A stretch of 64,000 nt of DNA, taken from NCBI GenBank assembly GCA_023231475.1, contig JALJEE010002436.1, positions 62,001 through 126,000 on the forward strand. The letters are read 5' to 3'. Source of the stretch: Seison nebaliae. Its lineage: Eukaryota. Below, piece after piece: positions 43,459 to 55,708 of this stretch. Position numbers and translations under genes: made by a program. Under the pieces are notes generated by a model that saw only the letters and a program-made list of their open reading frames with translations, had not been told where the DNA came from and did no database searches. Position 1 is the stretch's first letter. Each line of letters starts with the position of its first letter.

Positions 43459-45504
43459 ATGATACGTTATCTTCTAATCAGTCTGTTTTTTCCAATCCGT
43501 TTCTCCCTCGCAAAACGGAAAAGTACTTATTGTAAAGAGGAATTGGTGGATCAGCCGCTCAAAAATCAAATGATCTTCTACACTTACGGTAACGTATTAG
43601 ATGGTTATTATACTCACATATTAATAGGTAGTCCACCACAAACCATCCCCGTACTCATCGACACCGGAAGTTCAACATTAGCTGTTGTTTGTGTTGGTCG
43701 AGGTGCGAAGAAGAAGAAGAAGGATCAGATTAAAATGAAGAAACATATCAAATTTCATTACGAGAAATCTTTAACATATAAGGAACATAATAGTTTTTAT
43801 TTCTTTCTAATTTCATATCATATTGAATGGAAAGTTATTATAAAGGGCCAATATTCAAGAGGTGAGTGGACAGGTAGTGTAACGAAAGATGTCATCTCAA
43901 TCACCAAAGAATTACATTCATTAGCTTTTGAGTTAAATCTCAATTCTCTTTTTCTTTTATTCTTTACACATAGTTTCATATAGTTTCTATTTTATTTGTG
44001 TGAGAAGATCCAAACATATTTTTCGACCATCCACTCATTGGAGTGGTATTTTAGGTTTAGCTTATAAAAATATCGGTTATATTCGAAGGAAAAAAAAATG
44101 TAATTTTCTCGATACCGTTCCCACGATGTTATCACGACAATTTACTTTGACTCTCTGTCCTGCTACAATTATCCCAAAATTCAATGAACAATTAGAACGA
44201 ATTGGAACATTAGTTCTTGGAGAACCGGACAAAACGTCTTATCGATATAATTATTTATATACTCCCATTTGGAGGAAATGGTATTATGATATTACAATTC
44301 TTGGAATTTATTTGAATGATATTCCCCTAACAATATCTTGTAATCAAGTTTGGAATTCGATATAATAAATAAAATAATTGATTAGATCAATCAATACAAA
44401 TCGATATTAGATAGTGGAACTACAAATCTTCGATTACCTGCCATCGTTTTCCGTGCATTCATTCAACTATTCCGTCAAATAACTCGACAAAATAATCGGG
44501 AACAATTAAATCAAATTTTCTTTATAAGGAAAAAATCCAAGTTTCGTTATCCGAAGAAGGGACCGAAAATGAATTTCAAAATTCCTCACGGATTTTTCAC
44601 CGGTCAAAAATTACTTTGTGTCGATCATGGTGAGATGCCGTGGCATATATTTCCTGACGTATCGTTCGCATTACCATATGTGGCTGATTTGGGCGGAACA
44701 AGAGTCGAACATTTTTTCAAATTGATATGGCCTCCTCAATTTTATTTATATCGATTCTTCATCGATAAACATGTCAGTCATGGTGTTGATCAGATGAATT
44801 GTTATAAATTTATGATAAGTGAAACGAAATCAAGTTTAATTTTGGGAATGGTATTTCTCACCGCTTTCTCCATCAACTTCCATCGACAAGATAATCTCAT
44901 CGGATTCGCCCAATCAACATGTCCTCGACACAATTTCGAAGTGAAACGAGAAGCCATGGTAACGATGTTGTTTGATATCAATTCTCAGGCATATCAATCG
45001 GAAGATATTTACGAAAATGATTTCTCAATGACATTTTTCCCATCCGGATATTTTTTGAAACAATTTAAACGTTTATTACGATCATCATCTCAACGTTTAT
45101 TCGTTCGACATGAAATCGATCGATTCAAACAAGCAATCAGACCATATCGATATAAAATCGATTTACGTGAATGTCATGGAAAAAAACCGCAATGGGTCGA
45201 ACCATCAGTCGAATCATTATTAATCAATCCGGAAGAAAATTACGTACAATCTTATTTCTCACAAAGAAATGAATTCTTAAAAGTTATTCTACCACAACGA
45301 CTCAAATATTTCGCTATAATGACCGTCATTATACTCATCATATTGGCGATGTGTGGAGTGAATAATATTGAGAAGAAAAAAATAGCACAAAGACGTGAAG
45401 AGGAAAAGGGGGAGATAGAAATACACGAAGAAACGAGTGAAAATAAAGATAGTGGAGAAACTGATGTCACTCAAGGATTTGATGAGAATACTTATGTTTT
45501 TTAA
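43459..45504 (+). CDS. BACE (beta-secretase)-like membrane-anchored aspartic protease, 4 exons
   Basis: Signal peptide; GYY..IGSPPQ..LIDTGSS; WSGILGLAY; YTPIWRKWYYDITI; second catalytic motif SILDSGTTNLRLP (exon from 44386); PWHIFPDVS; IGFAQSTC; C-terminal TM FAIMTVIILIILAMC. Confidence 0.9.
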
Positions 45505-45926
45505 ATTTTCATTTTATTTATATTAATTTGTTTGGAATGTAAATCTCTTAAATTCTCCAATTTCACCATTTCTTTTTTGATATTCGTCAGACAAATTATA
45601 AAAATTCTTTTATGATCATTTCCTTTTGACGTATAATGAAGTACGTTGATTTGTAAACATTCTTTCGATTTTTCTTTATTTTCATTCTTCATCATTTCTA
45701 TCATCGTAATCAGATTGATGATTTGTTCTTTAGTTTCTCCGATAAGAAATGTCATCCAAAATTTACCCGATTCCATACCACAAATATTATTTTTGACTTT
45801 CTGAATTAAATTCTGTTTTAAGAATCGTTTCTCCGCCAAATAATAAACAGACGGTTCCATCTCAAAATCGTATGGCATCATTAATCGAATTTCATCGATC
45901 AGACTCTTAGCCAAATTATTTTCCAT
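45501..45926 (-). CDS. Uncharacterised 141-aa protein, possibly Alba-fold (Rpp25/Rpp20-like)
   Basis: Clean ATG-to-stop ORF filling the space between BACE and the histone-fold gene. The pattern IINLITMIEMMK..LQINVL..IFIICLT loosely resembles Alba domains; the resemblance is weak. Confidence 0.5.
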   Translation of the reverse strand: MENNLAKSLIDEIRLMMPYDFEMEPSVYYLAEKRFLKQNLIQKVKNNICGMESGKFWMTFLIGETKEQIINLITMIEMMKNENKEKSKECLQINVLHYTSKGNDHKRIFIICLTNIKKEMVKLENLRDLHSKQININKMKI

Positions 45927-46148
45927 CCGACAATCGTAAATAGTTAGAATTGCAGATGAAAAAGAAAGTTTTATGGTATTTTAAGAAAGCTGAAAAAAAT
46001 AATAAGCCATATTTTTTAATTGTGATTAGTTTTTGATTTTTAGATATTCTCTTTTGTGAGAAGAAAATTTGGAAATAATTCTGATGACTATTTGAAATTT
46101 AATTCTAGTCCAATTTCCAAAAGAATATCAAAAAGAAAAACTGAATAA

Positions 46149-46448
46149 ATGAAAAATAAGAAGGTAGAAATTGAGAGGAAAGTGATAGAGAATGTCTTTC
46201 CAATCGCTACAATTAAACGGTTAATGAGAATGTCATCATTGCCATTATGTAATATGCTTCTCACTCATCAAAGTGCAATGATAATGGATCGTTTACTTGT
46301 CTTGTTCATTCAAGAATTAATCGATGACTCGTTTGAAGTGATGCAACAAGATACGAAGAGAAAAACTCTAAAAGGCTCCGACGTAATGAATGCTATTGTT
46401 CGACATAAGAAATATATATTTTTAGATTCACTTCCATTGATGACTTAA
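46149..46448 (+). CDS. H2A-like histone-fold protein (POLE4/CHRAC1/NF-YC-like)
   Basis: FPIATIKRLMR..SAMIMDRLLVLFIQELI..KRKTLKGSDVMNAI..YIFLD matches the CBFD_NFYB_HMF histone-fold pattern. Confidence 0.8.
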   Translation: MKNKKVEIERKVIENVFPIATIKRLMRMSSLPLCNMLLTHQSAMIMDRLLVLFIQELIDDSFEVMQQDTKRKTLKGSDVMNAIVRHKKYIFLDSLPLMT

Positions 46449-46544
46449 GAAATTCTCTTTTTTTTCTCTTCCAAAAAGCAAATATATTTTTAAAATTTTT
46501 TATTTCAAATAAAACTTTCAATTTAAAACAAAAACATAATAAAA

Positions 46545-48318
46545 TTAGAAATTGTTTAATAAAGCTCTTTTCATTACTCGATGAACATATTTGTCTAATG
46601 GTTGAATTCCTTTAACCATCTTCAATTTATATACACTTTTCAAACGGAATTGATAATCGATAATCATCTCCGTCTCATTTCCATCTTTAACATTCGATTC
46701 ATCAACATTGACACATCCAATTAATGAAGATTTAACGTAATCCAATTGATTGTTTTCTTTAGAGAAATTTTCGATTTCATCATTCGCCGCTATCCATAAC
46801 AAACCGCGATGAGATGTGACGAAATCGAGAACGAATGAACTGGATTTTCCATCGACCACATCAGTCGCTAACGGTTGTGGGAGGAAGACATGAAGACCAA
46901 AATCGAATGTCTCAATAAACGACTCGCCTTGTAATCGACTTCTTAATTTGACAGTTTTATTTTGAATTTTTTCTTCTTTCAACATCTTACTCATTTTCCC
47001 ATCTTTCTCTGACGATATTATTTGAGTTTTTTTCTCTCTAATAAATTTTGGCATTGGATTCATCGAATTAGATTCGATATACGGATTCATTTCGACGTAA
47101 ATATTCTTCCGATTTTCTTCGTCTTCTTCAATTCTCTTCCGTGTCATAATCTCCTTCAAATCCATTAATCTAAAGTGATTGATTAATAATAAGGAGAAAT
47201 TGAGAAGAACTCTTTATTTTCCACTTTCTCAACATTTATCGAATTATTTTGTATATTTAAATTGAGTTTAAAATTCGAATGAATTTCATTCTCTTTCTCT
47301 TTCTTCAAAAGTTCTACTTCTCTCTATTTCATAAAATTGAGAATTTGATTAAAACAATCAAAAATGAACTAATTCATCTCGATGTTTGTTGGTAAGCCAT
47401 TTATTGGAAGAAGTATAATAATCATTTTGATCGTCAATAACTCGAGTTCTTTCCGAACAAGTTCGATCATATTCCAACAAACGATTCCGATGTATGATGG
47501 CTTGATTGAATGCTTCTTGTGAAAATTTCTTCGGATTATCTTTCTCATTCACCAACTTCTCATACATTTCATTTGCTTTCTTTCCTGAGAGGTTTTGTAA
47601 CTTTTTTTTCGAATTCGAACAAATCACTAATTCCCCACAGAATTTACACGGTCCTTCTCCTTCGAACTTACAAACAATTCGACCACAAGATACACAATTA
47701 TTCACTAGGGCATGTACTCGTCCTTCACAATTACAAATGGATTTATCATCTGCTTCTGAAAAAAAGAAAAAAATAATTTTTTTTAATTTTAAATTTTTTT
47801 TTTAAATTCAAATAAATTTCTGTAACAAACCATTATAATAGTAGCCGAGTGTGTTAATATAGGATATCTCATTCAAATCTTTAATAACAAATTCTTTTTT
47901 CTTCATTTTTCCAATCGATTTCATCTCAACTTTCTTAATTACTCGATCATTCTCTCTCTCAATGAACTGTTTATTTTTCTTCTTATTCTTCAATTTATTA
48001 TTCTCATTTTTCGGACTGATATTCGAAACTCCGAATGTTTTGATGAAAGATTTCTCTTTTGGAATGGATGATTCGGTCGGATATTGATTCTCATGTTGCC
48101 CATCATAAAGTTCGTTAACTTGTTTCATGACTTTATCGTCTAATTGTCGATTGTCAAGATTAGAATTGAAGAAATCATTAAATTCACTTTTCGGTAAAGT
48201 GAGTGCATATCTGAAAATAATTTAATTATTTATTTCCGTAAATGACTAAAAGAAATAACTTCAATAACTCCACATCTAATCCATGTGACATAGCAATGCT
48301 TCTCAATTTATCATTCAT
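46545..48318 (-). CDS. TRIP4: Activating signal cointegrator 1 (TRIP4/ASC-1): C2HC5 zinc finger plus divergent C-terminal ASCH domain, 5 exons
   Basis: CNCEGRVHALVNNCVSCGRIVCKFEGEGPCKFCG; AIIHRNRLLEYDRTCSERTRVIDDQNDYY; C-terminal PQPLAT..TSHRGLLWIAA..SSLIGCVNV. ATG at 48318. Confidence 0.9.
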
Positions 48319-48560
48319 CTCGTTTTTTTACCAATGGATAATTATCATTACGAGAATTAATAATAAACTAAAACTTTAAATTTTTAATTGAAAATTTTCT
48401 TGATAAGAAATCCACAAATTTACCAATTCATTACTAAAGGGATTTCCTAATATTTTGTTATTGAACATCTATTATTTGTCTTTTTTTTATTTACAATTTC
48501 TTCATTCCACAAATATTATCCCAATCACTCTCATATATATTAATTTTATTATAATTAATA

Positions 48561-49007
48561 ATGGATCCATCACAAGACGTAATTGATTACGAAAATACCG
48601 AAGAATTCACTACCGTTGCTGGTCATCCATCAGCCAGTTTAGCTATTTATGCAATTTTTCCAAATGTCATAATTTATGATTTTAGTGAAAGTGTCTGGTG
48701 TACGAAAATCACGTCCAACACCAAATTCGAAACAAGTTGCACGAACGTCGACATCGAATGATGATGATCTTGGATTGGAAGAGGAGAAGAAAGATAAAAA
48801 TCAGAAAACTTTAGTTTCAGGAGCTATCGTCACAGTTTCATTTATTTCTTTCCTTATTTAATTTCCATTCAATTTATTTCGGTTTTTTAGGAGAAAGATC
48901 ATTATACTCCGTCTTCCGTAAAATCTTACCAGAATAAACCGAAACCATCAATTGAGAAACATACGAAAGGAAAACCGTTCCCAACAATCATTAATCAACC
49001 GAAATAA
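48561..49007 (+). CDS. DAP: Death-associated protein 1 (DAP1/DAPL1 family), 3 exons
   Basis: Introns 48637-48685 and 48835-48890 give ..AGHPSAMKVSGVRK..LVSGAIVTEKDHY..QNKPKPSIEKH..IINQPK*. This matches the DAP motifs GHPPAVKAGGMR, ISG..DKD, KP..S..K and IQQPRK. Confidence 0.85.
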
Positions 49008-50091
49008 ACAAACCGTCCTCTTAAAATAACTGACATACAAATCATTTCTCTCGTCATCATTTAAAACAAATCATTTTCTTTCCACTTCATCAACTTCCAC
49101 TTATTTCACAGCTATATCGTTCGATAATTTCAACTAAAATTCACTTCCATTTACCAAAATTGTAATGAATAAATGTTAGAAGAAAATTATGAAATTAATT
49201 AATCAGTGGAAGGATTGGAATATGAAATTTCATTCGTCCGAAAACAACTCAAATTAGGAACATATGGAAATTGAAACAAATCAAATTGAACTTGCCTAAC
49301 ATGTAAATAAGAAGATCTCACGTTGAAGGTCGTCGGTAATTTCATGTTCGTCAACTATTAGGACAGAGTGACATAATAAAATAACTAACGACAATATAAT
49401 TCTTTTCATAATTCTTAAAACAAATTAAAATTTCCCTTCTTTTATTCCAAGTAATGTATTCTCTCAATATATTCTCCAAATGAGGAAGAGTAAAAATTAA
49501 TTTATGAATTTTAACTGTCACTCTTCGGTTACCCTCAAATTATTATTTGGATGTTATCATTTTAAAATTCATCTAAACTTCTTCTAGTCAGTTTTCTTTA
49601 TTAACTAATTGCTTATTAAGTAATTTTTGGTATTAACAAGAAGATAAATTATTTTTCTGATAATTTTAACGAAAATTTTTCGTTATCGCCGAATTGTTTG
49701 TCGTAATTAGAGTGATCGCTAATTTGTCGTTATAATTTTTAATTTTTTTACAATTTGTCATTAGCGTCAAAACAATTTCAATGAAAACTAAATTATATTT
49801 AATTTATTCTGACAAGTTAAATTTTCCAGAAATTTACATAGAAAATAGTAAAATATTCTTCCTAGTTTGTTTACCATTTCTTCTTTTCTACTGTCGCTTC
49901 TTTCTGATCAGCACCGTTTTCTAAGATGCTTTTATTTTTTTTATCAGTCTTTAAAATTTTGTTTAATTTTCATCATATATATTTATAGTTGAACTCCCTT
50001 GAAATTTCAAAGGGACAAATTTTCGACAATTATTTCGAGTAAATTAAATTAAGAACTGTTTTAATTTTAAGATTGATATTTTCCTAATTCG

Positions 50092-51654
50092 ATGCACAAA
50101 ACGGAATTGAACATTCGACTAAAATCGAGCAAGTCAGTAACATTTGCTACTCCGACAGTCCAATATTTCGATGAAGTCGAATCACTCGCTTCCAATAATG
50201 AATGGAAGAAATCATTGTTTGGCTTATTCTCATGGAATATGAACATCGTACCAGATTCATATTTAGAATATGCAGGAAAATACATATACGCTATTGGTTG
50301 TGGTAAATCGTTGAGAATAAAAGAGGATGTTCTTTTTAATAACGAAAGAATTAAAGAGAAATTTGTACGTCGATTATATCGATCAGAAAAATGGTTGAAG
50401 AAACAAATGTGTCATGGAAAGAGTAATTGGTCAGACACAAGCTTGGTGTTAAAGATTCTAATAAATTGGTCAAAAGTTCCTGAATTTGATAAATATGAAA
50501 AAGAAAATATTTTATTAGATAATATCGATAAGATTTTCAATGAGAATTGTCAGACTTGTTTGAAAGAGATATCGGTGGAGGATTTATTCTGTTATTCCAT
50601 GAAATCTTCCATAATCAATTATCAGTTTTATGGAGATAAATATCAGAATTTCTTCGAATATTTATTTATTTCAGTGAAAAATTATTTCTTGAAAATTTAT
50701 TGCCAAAATGAAATTGATGGAATTAAAATGGGTTTAACGGATGACGAATATTTGAGATTAATCAATTCCTGTGAGAACATTCTTCTCACCATTTCCAACT
50801 ATTTCATTGACAATAATATTTTCGAATTCGGGAAAGATGATGAGAAGAAATGTTTAACTATACTCTCCGTTTATCATCAATTATTCCATCACAATCTACT
50901 GTTATGTTTCATTTATAATCTCCATATTTTCGCCATAAAGAAACAGATAAATTTTGAGAATTATTTATCATACAATAAAGATTCATCGAACACTTCGCCT
51001 TTATTATTCAAAAAAATGTTATGGAAGTTCCAACGATATTTATTAATCGATCAATATTCGTTGGAAAAAGATGATGGGAAATTTTTATCTATTTTTCAGT
51101 CACTAATCTCCATGTTCCAATGCATAACATTCGATCAAGAAGAAATAGAAATTCGTTTGAAATCAAATTTGACCCTAAATAAATCACAATCAATAAATAA
51201 CTTGACTTTCCATGAAAAGTTGGCGATATCAAATAAATCATCGACTCATGAAGAGGAAAAGGAAATGAAAGATGATTCCGGATATTTCTTTTCCATTGAC
51301 AATATGCAAGACAACTGTACGAAACTTGATGTAATCGAAAATCGATTCTATTCACACTCTAATTCGAAAGAGACTGATTTAAAGAGGAATATGGAGAAAT
51401 TTCGATTTTGTAATTCTTCCATTTTAATTTTGAAAGATTCTTTTTTCTCATGTCAATGGATTAATGAGAAATCATCTATCAATATCCATATCATCGATAT
51501 GGTCGGTAGTGAATTGATAAAATTGGATGATTTGAAAAATGAACAATTTTTAAATTGTCTCAAAATGCAAGTTAATTTTTTATTATTTTTTTATTACCGA
51601 TGTTGATGATTTGTTCAGATAAATTTGGGATACGATATCTGCGAACGATTAGTG
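50092..51654 (+). CDS. Uncharacterised protein, 5' exons (gene continues downstream)
   Basis: 493-codon exon 50092-51570, intron 51571-51618, then a 36-nt exon 51619-51654 ending at a GTAAGT donor in phase 0. No domain recognised. Confidence 0.6.
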
Positions 51655-53803
51655 GTAAGTCATTTTTAATTTGGTTCTTTGCTTTTTTTTATAATTGCTA
51701 CGACTAACAGAGAAAATTAGAGAGTAACAATTAATTTGCGTCATTCTGTCTCCAAATATTTATTTCTCGATATATTAGGAAGAGGAGAAGTTCTCCTTTA
51801 AAATGGGCAATTGAAGCGCAAAGATGTTTGAATTGGAAGGAATAGAAAGTCTTATAAGATTTATAGGAAAAGTAGGAAAATTCTTTTGATTCATTCAATC
51901 ATGTAATCGAATATTGAGACTGGTATGGTGAAGACTGAGAATGATTTCTTTCAATTTTCCTCTCGTTCTCGTAGTCGTCGGTCGTGGAAAAACAATTAGT
52001 GAACTTCCGAATAAATATGGAATGAAGTATTTGAGTTGGACCGGGTGATAATAATCCGTTTATGCGTTGGTGAACAAAAATGTAAGAAATCTACTTTATT
52101 CTCCAATGCATTTAACGGTTCTCATTTTCGGTGCACATGAGAGAAATGGATGGATGTTACTACTTCTTTCGCATGCAGTTGATATAAGGACTAATTGTTT
52201 CTTCGGTGGAAGGTAATCATGGAAGATGATATACGTATATATACATATTCATTACTTTTACGTCATCAAGTTGTGTCGAATGGAAACTGAAATAATTATT
52301 GAGTAAATTGCTCGTTATATTAGTATGATCAACATTAATCCGAGTAACATTTGATATTGTTAATCGATGACTGTGCAGGAAATATGTACAACGGACATTT
52401 GTTTCCAGACTAAACTATGTTAATCATCAAGTTTACTCGTTATCTAATTGAATTCAAACTTTCTTAAACATCATTCAGAATGTATTTCCAATTTATTCTT
52501 CCTTCTTAATGCTTAATCCGCAGCTTACCTGTTATTGGTTGAAGACTTGAATGTTACATGATTAAATAGAAATGTTCATCGACTGATTAAATTGGAGTAT
52601 GAGAGGGTGATGTGAAGGCAAACAATAAGCGTCGAGAGGTGGAAGTGTTAAGATGTTACGAGTTTTCCCCACGATATTTTTAGCCTGTTATAATTTCTAT
52701 TATGATAATTCTCAATTAATGATATGAGTAATTCACATCCTAAACAGTCATTTAGCTTCATTTAATGTTTCACGATTATTAAAAAGAGCAACGACAACTC
52801 CAACTATAACTAGCAGTCTAAAATTACATTAGAACCTGATGGAAAAAGAGGACGGATATTAGTGAGTGGAAGCGAATGAAGGTTTTTTAAGAAATCGAAG
52901 TCAGTTGAGAAAGAAGAAACTAACTGACTGCTTGTTCTTTTCGTTGGTTTAAGTGAAGGAAATGTCGTTGATGGAAAGGAGTGGAATAATATAATTCGAC
53001 TAAAATGTAATTATAACATATTTGTTGGGAATGATCAAAAGGAAGAAATATATCTGTCTGTTATTTCTGACAAAGAAGGTGAGACGAGATGAATGATTAG
53101 GAGAGTAATCGATAAAGAAATTTCTCCTTTCCCATCAACCTCGACAATTGGTTAAGTAAACTCTAATCGATATTATGTAGCACGTCAGAAATAAAATCTT
53201 CTCTTTTAACCTCAACCATTCATTGAGAGACATAGAAGACAGATAATAGATTGCTCTTGTTCTCTCGTTCACTTTTGAGGTGAATCAATCTTGATTCGAT
53301 GTCGAGTGGTGTTGGCGAGGTTGAATTTTGGATGGACGAGAGAAAGAAAGAAAGAAAGAAATAATTTCGTTTTATTCCATGCGTCACTTCCGAACCGATT
53401 AACTAGAATTGTGTCAATGAACAATAATTTCGTTGAACTGATGAAGATCATTAACTAATATAATTATTTAGGTTTAGGCCAAAAATATTGCCGTAAAGAG
53501 ATCTGAATAAAATAATATTTATTGGCAATGAGATATTGATGGGTGTGTAATGGAAATTTTAAAATGATTTCCATTCATCAATTTATTCCTCTTCAACTAT
53601 CAATCATAATCTTGTGCTGTAGTGATTGAAGTGAAATAATTCTCCAAATCTCCTTAATATATGACTCCATATGACGATGATTACTTTTCCAACATTTCTC
53701 CATCGTATCGAACTTAACTAACATTAAAGATATTATAACAGAAAAATCGTTTAACTCGAGAGAAGTTCACCGTTAAGTGGTGTGAATGTAACGACAGATT
53801 AAG

Positions 53804-55708
53804 ATGGAATCGTCGAATATTTTAAAATCGCTGGATGTTAAAAAAAAATTTTCTCATAGAAATTGCAAACCATCACCAGTGGAAACATTGGAAATTGATG
53901 GTAATCGAATTTTAACGAAATCCATCGACGATTCGGCGACATATTTGGAGAAGAATGTGACCAAGAAACCTTTTTTCTGGACACCATCATTCGTCCGTAA
54001 GAAAACATGTCTTTATCCGATTACTAATGCAAATCACTTAAGCAATTACGTTACACATCTCCCGACGACAACCACGTCAACGGTGACGACAATGGAACGA
54101 ACGAAGAAGGAGATACCGAAATTGAGATTATCCAATATCAGAAATTGGAATGGTACCTGGAAAGTTGATTCGAATGAATTGATAGTCGGACAGAATAAAC
54201 AGAAGGAGGAGAGAGGTTCATTCTTAGAGAATCATTCATCTGATGAATTGATGGTGAGAAGGAAGTGTAGTAGAAATAAATCGGAATCGACAAACATTCC
54301 CAATCAATCTCCGAAGAAGAAAATCAGTTTAATTTCGAAAAATATGAGAAAGATTTCTGCCGTGCATTTCTTCCGCCCATCATCTAATTGTTCGACTAAT
54401 TCAACGACTTGTTCTCCTTATTTCACTAATCAAGATCGACGACATTTCTGGTGGCAAAAGAAGTTAGTTTTGATTATCGTTTAAATTAATTTTTCTAACA
54501 GAAATCATTCGGAGCGAAAGAAGAAAATGAAGAAATTTATTCATCAATCAAATATCGTTAACACTGAAATGAGTGATTATGATGATGTTGAAATGAAAGA
54601 GAATAAAGAGGAAGAAGTGTCATCGAAAAAGGAGAAGATCGAGGGAAATAAATATCATCAAATATACGAGAAGAAAAGTAACTCGTTGATAAATGCATGC
54701 AAACGATGTGAGGAGGAGAATGGGAGTGAAGGGAAATATTCGCATTCGGATTCGAATACGAATATTATTATTGGAAAGAATGCCCCACAACTTATCATAA
54801 CAAAATATATTTCATCATATGGATTATCTAACGAGGAGTATAGTAGAGATGGAGCTACTCTTTCTACACAAGATGACCCGAATGATATTATAGAAAATTA
54901 TCATTCTGTTGAATTTGGCTCAATGTCGTCGGATCAGTCATCGAGAAAAAGAACGGATGATAATTCGAATGTAGACATAGGTATCGATTCGGTAATAAGC
55001 AGTAGTGAGCAGTCGAATGAGAAGAAGAAGATGATGATGATAAAGAATCAAAGAAGTGTTGATCTTGATGTGGAAGGGAAAACATCGTCAACGGATGAGA
55101 TGGGAATGAATTTTAGAAATTTGAATAACAATGAAATGAGAAAATTAATAACGACATCTAATAAAGATGGAATGAATCAGCATAATAATAATACATTACA
55201 AACACCATCACATTCACCCATTTCGGAGAACAGAAAAAAATTCTTAAACAGGAAATGCTCGATGATATCGGAAGGTAAATTGAATGTGATGCAGAAGAAG
55301 ACGTCGGATAAAATCAGGAAATTATCATTATATCTCCAGCCAACCATCAACACTTCTCAATTCTTTGACAGTTTTCGAACATCGTCACTCCAGCTCTCTT
55401 CATCAATCACCACAATCAATTCCTCTATTAATGCATTGTCATCCACACCAAATCTTCAAGATTTGCAACGACAATCTCAATCCAAATTTCCTTCATCAAC
55501 AACATCCAGCGACGTTTGCTCATCAATGTCACAAACATTGACAAATGCGAATGATCAATCGGAAAAATTCGGGAAGATTCGAAAGAATGGTACATTCGAT
55601 CGTTCGTACTCCAAAGCAACAGGAAATATACCTCTGGATCAATTGCATGCATATCAAATGCAGATTACACTCCTCAATCGATTACATCCACATCTTTCAC
55701 ATTTAATT
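53804..55708 (+). CDS. Ser/Lys/Asn-rich low-complexity coding exons of an unidentified gene
   Basis: ORFs of 226 and 406 aa are joined by a short GTTAGT..CAG intron (~54464-54501). The segment ends at a GTTAGT donor at 55709 in phase 0. ORFs this long are unlikely by chance in sequence this AT-rich. Confidence 0.6.
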
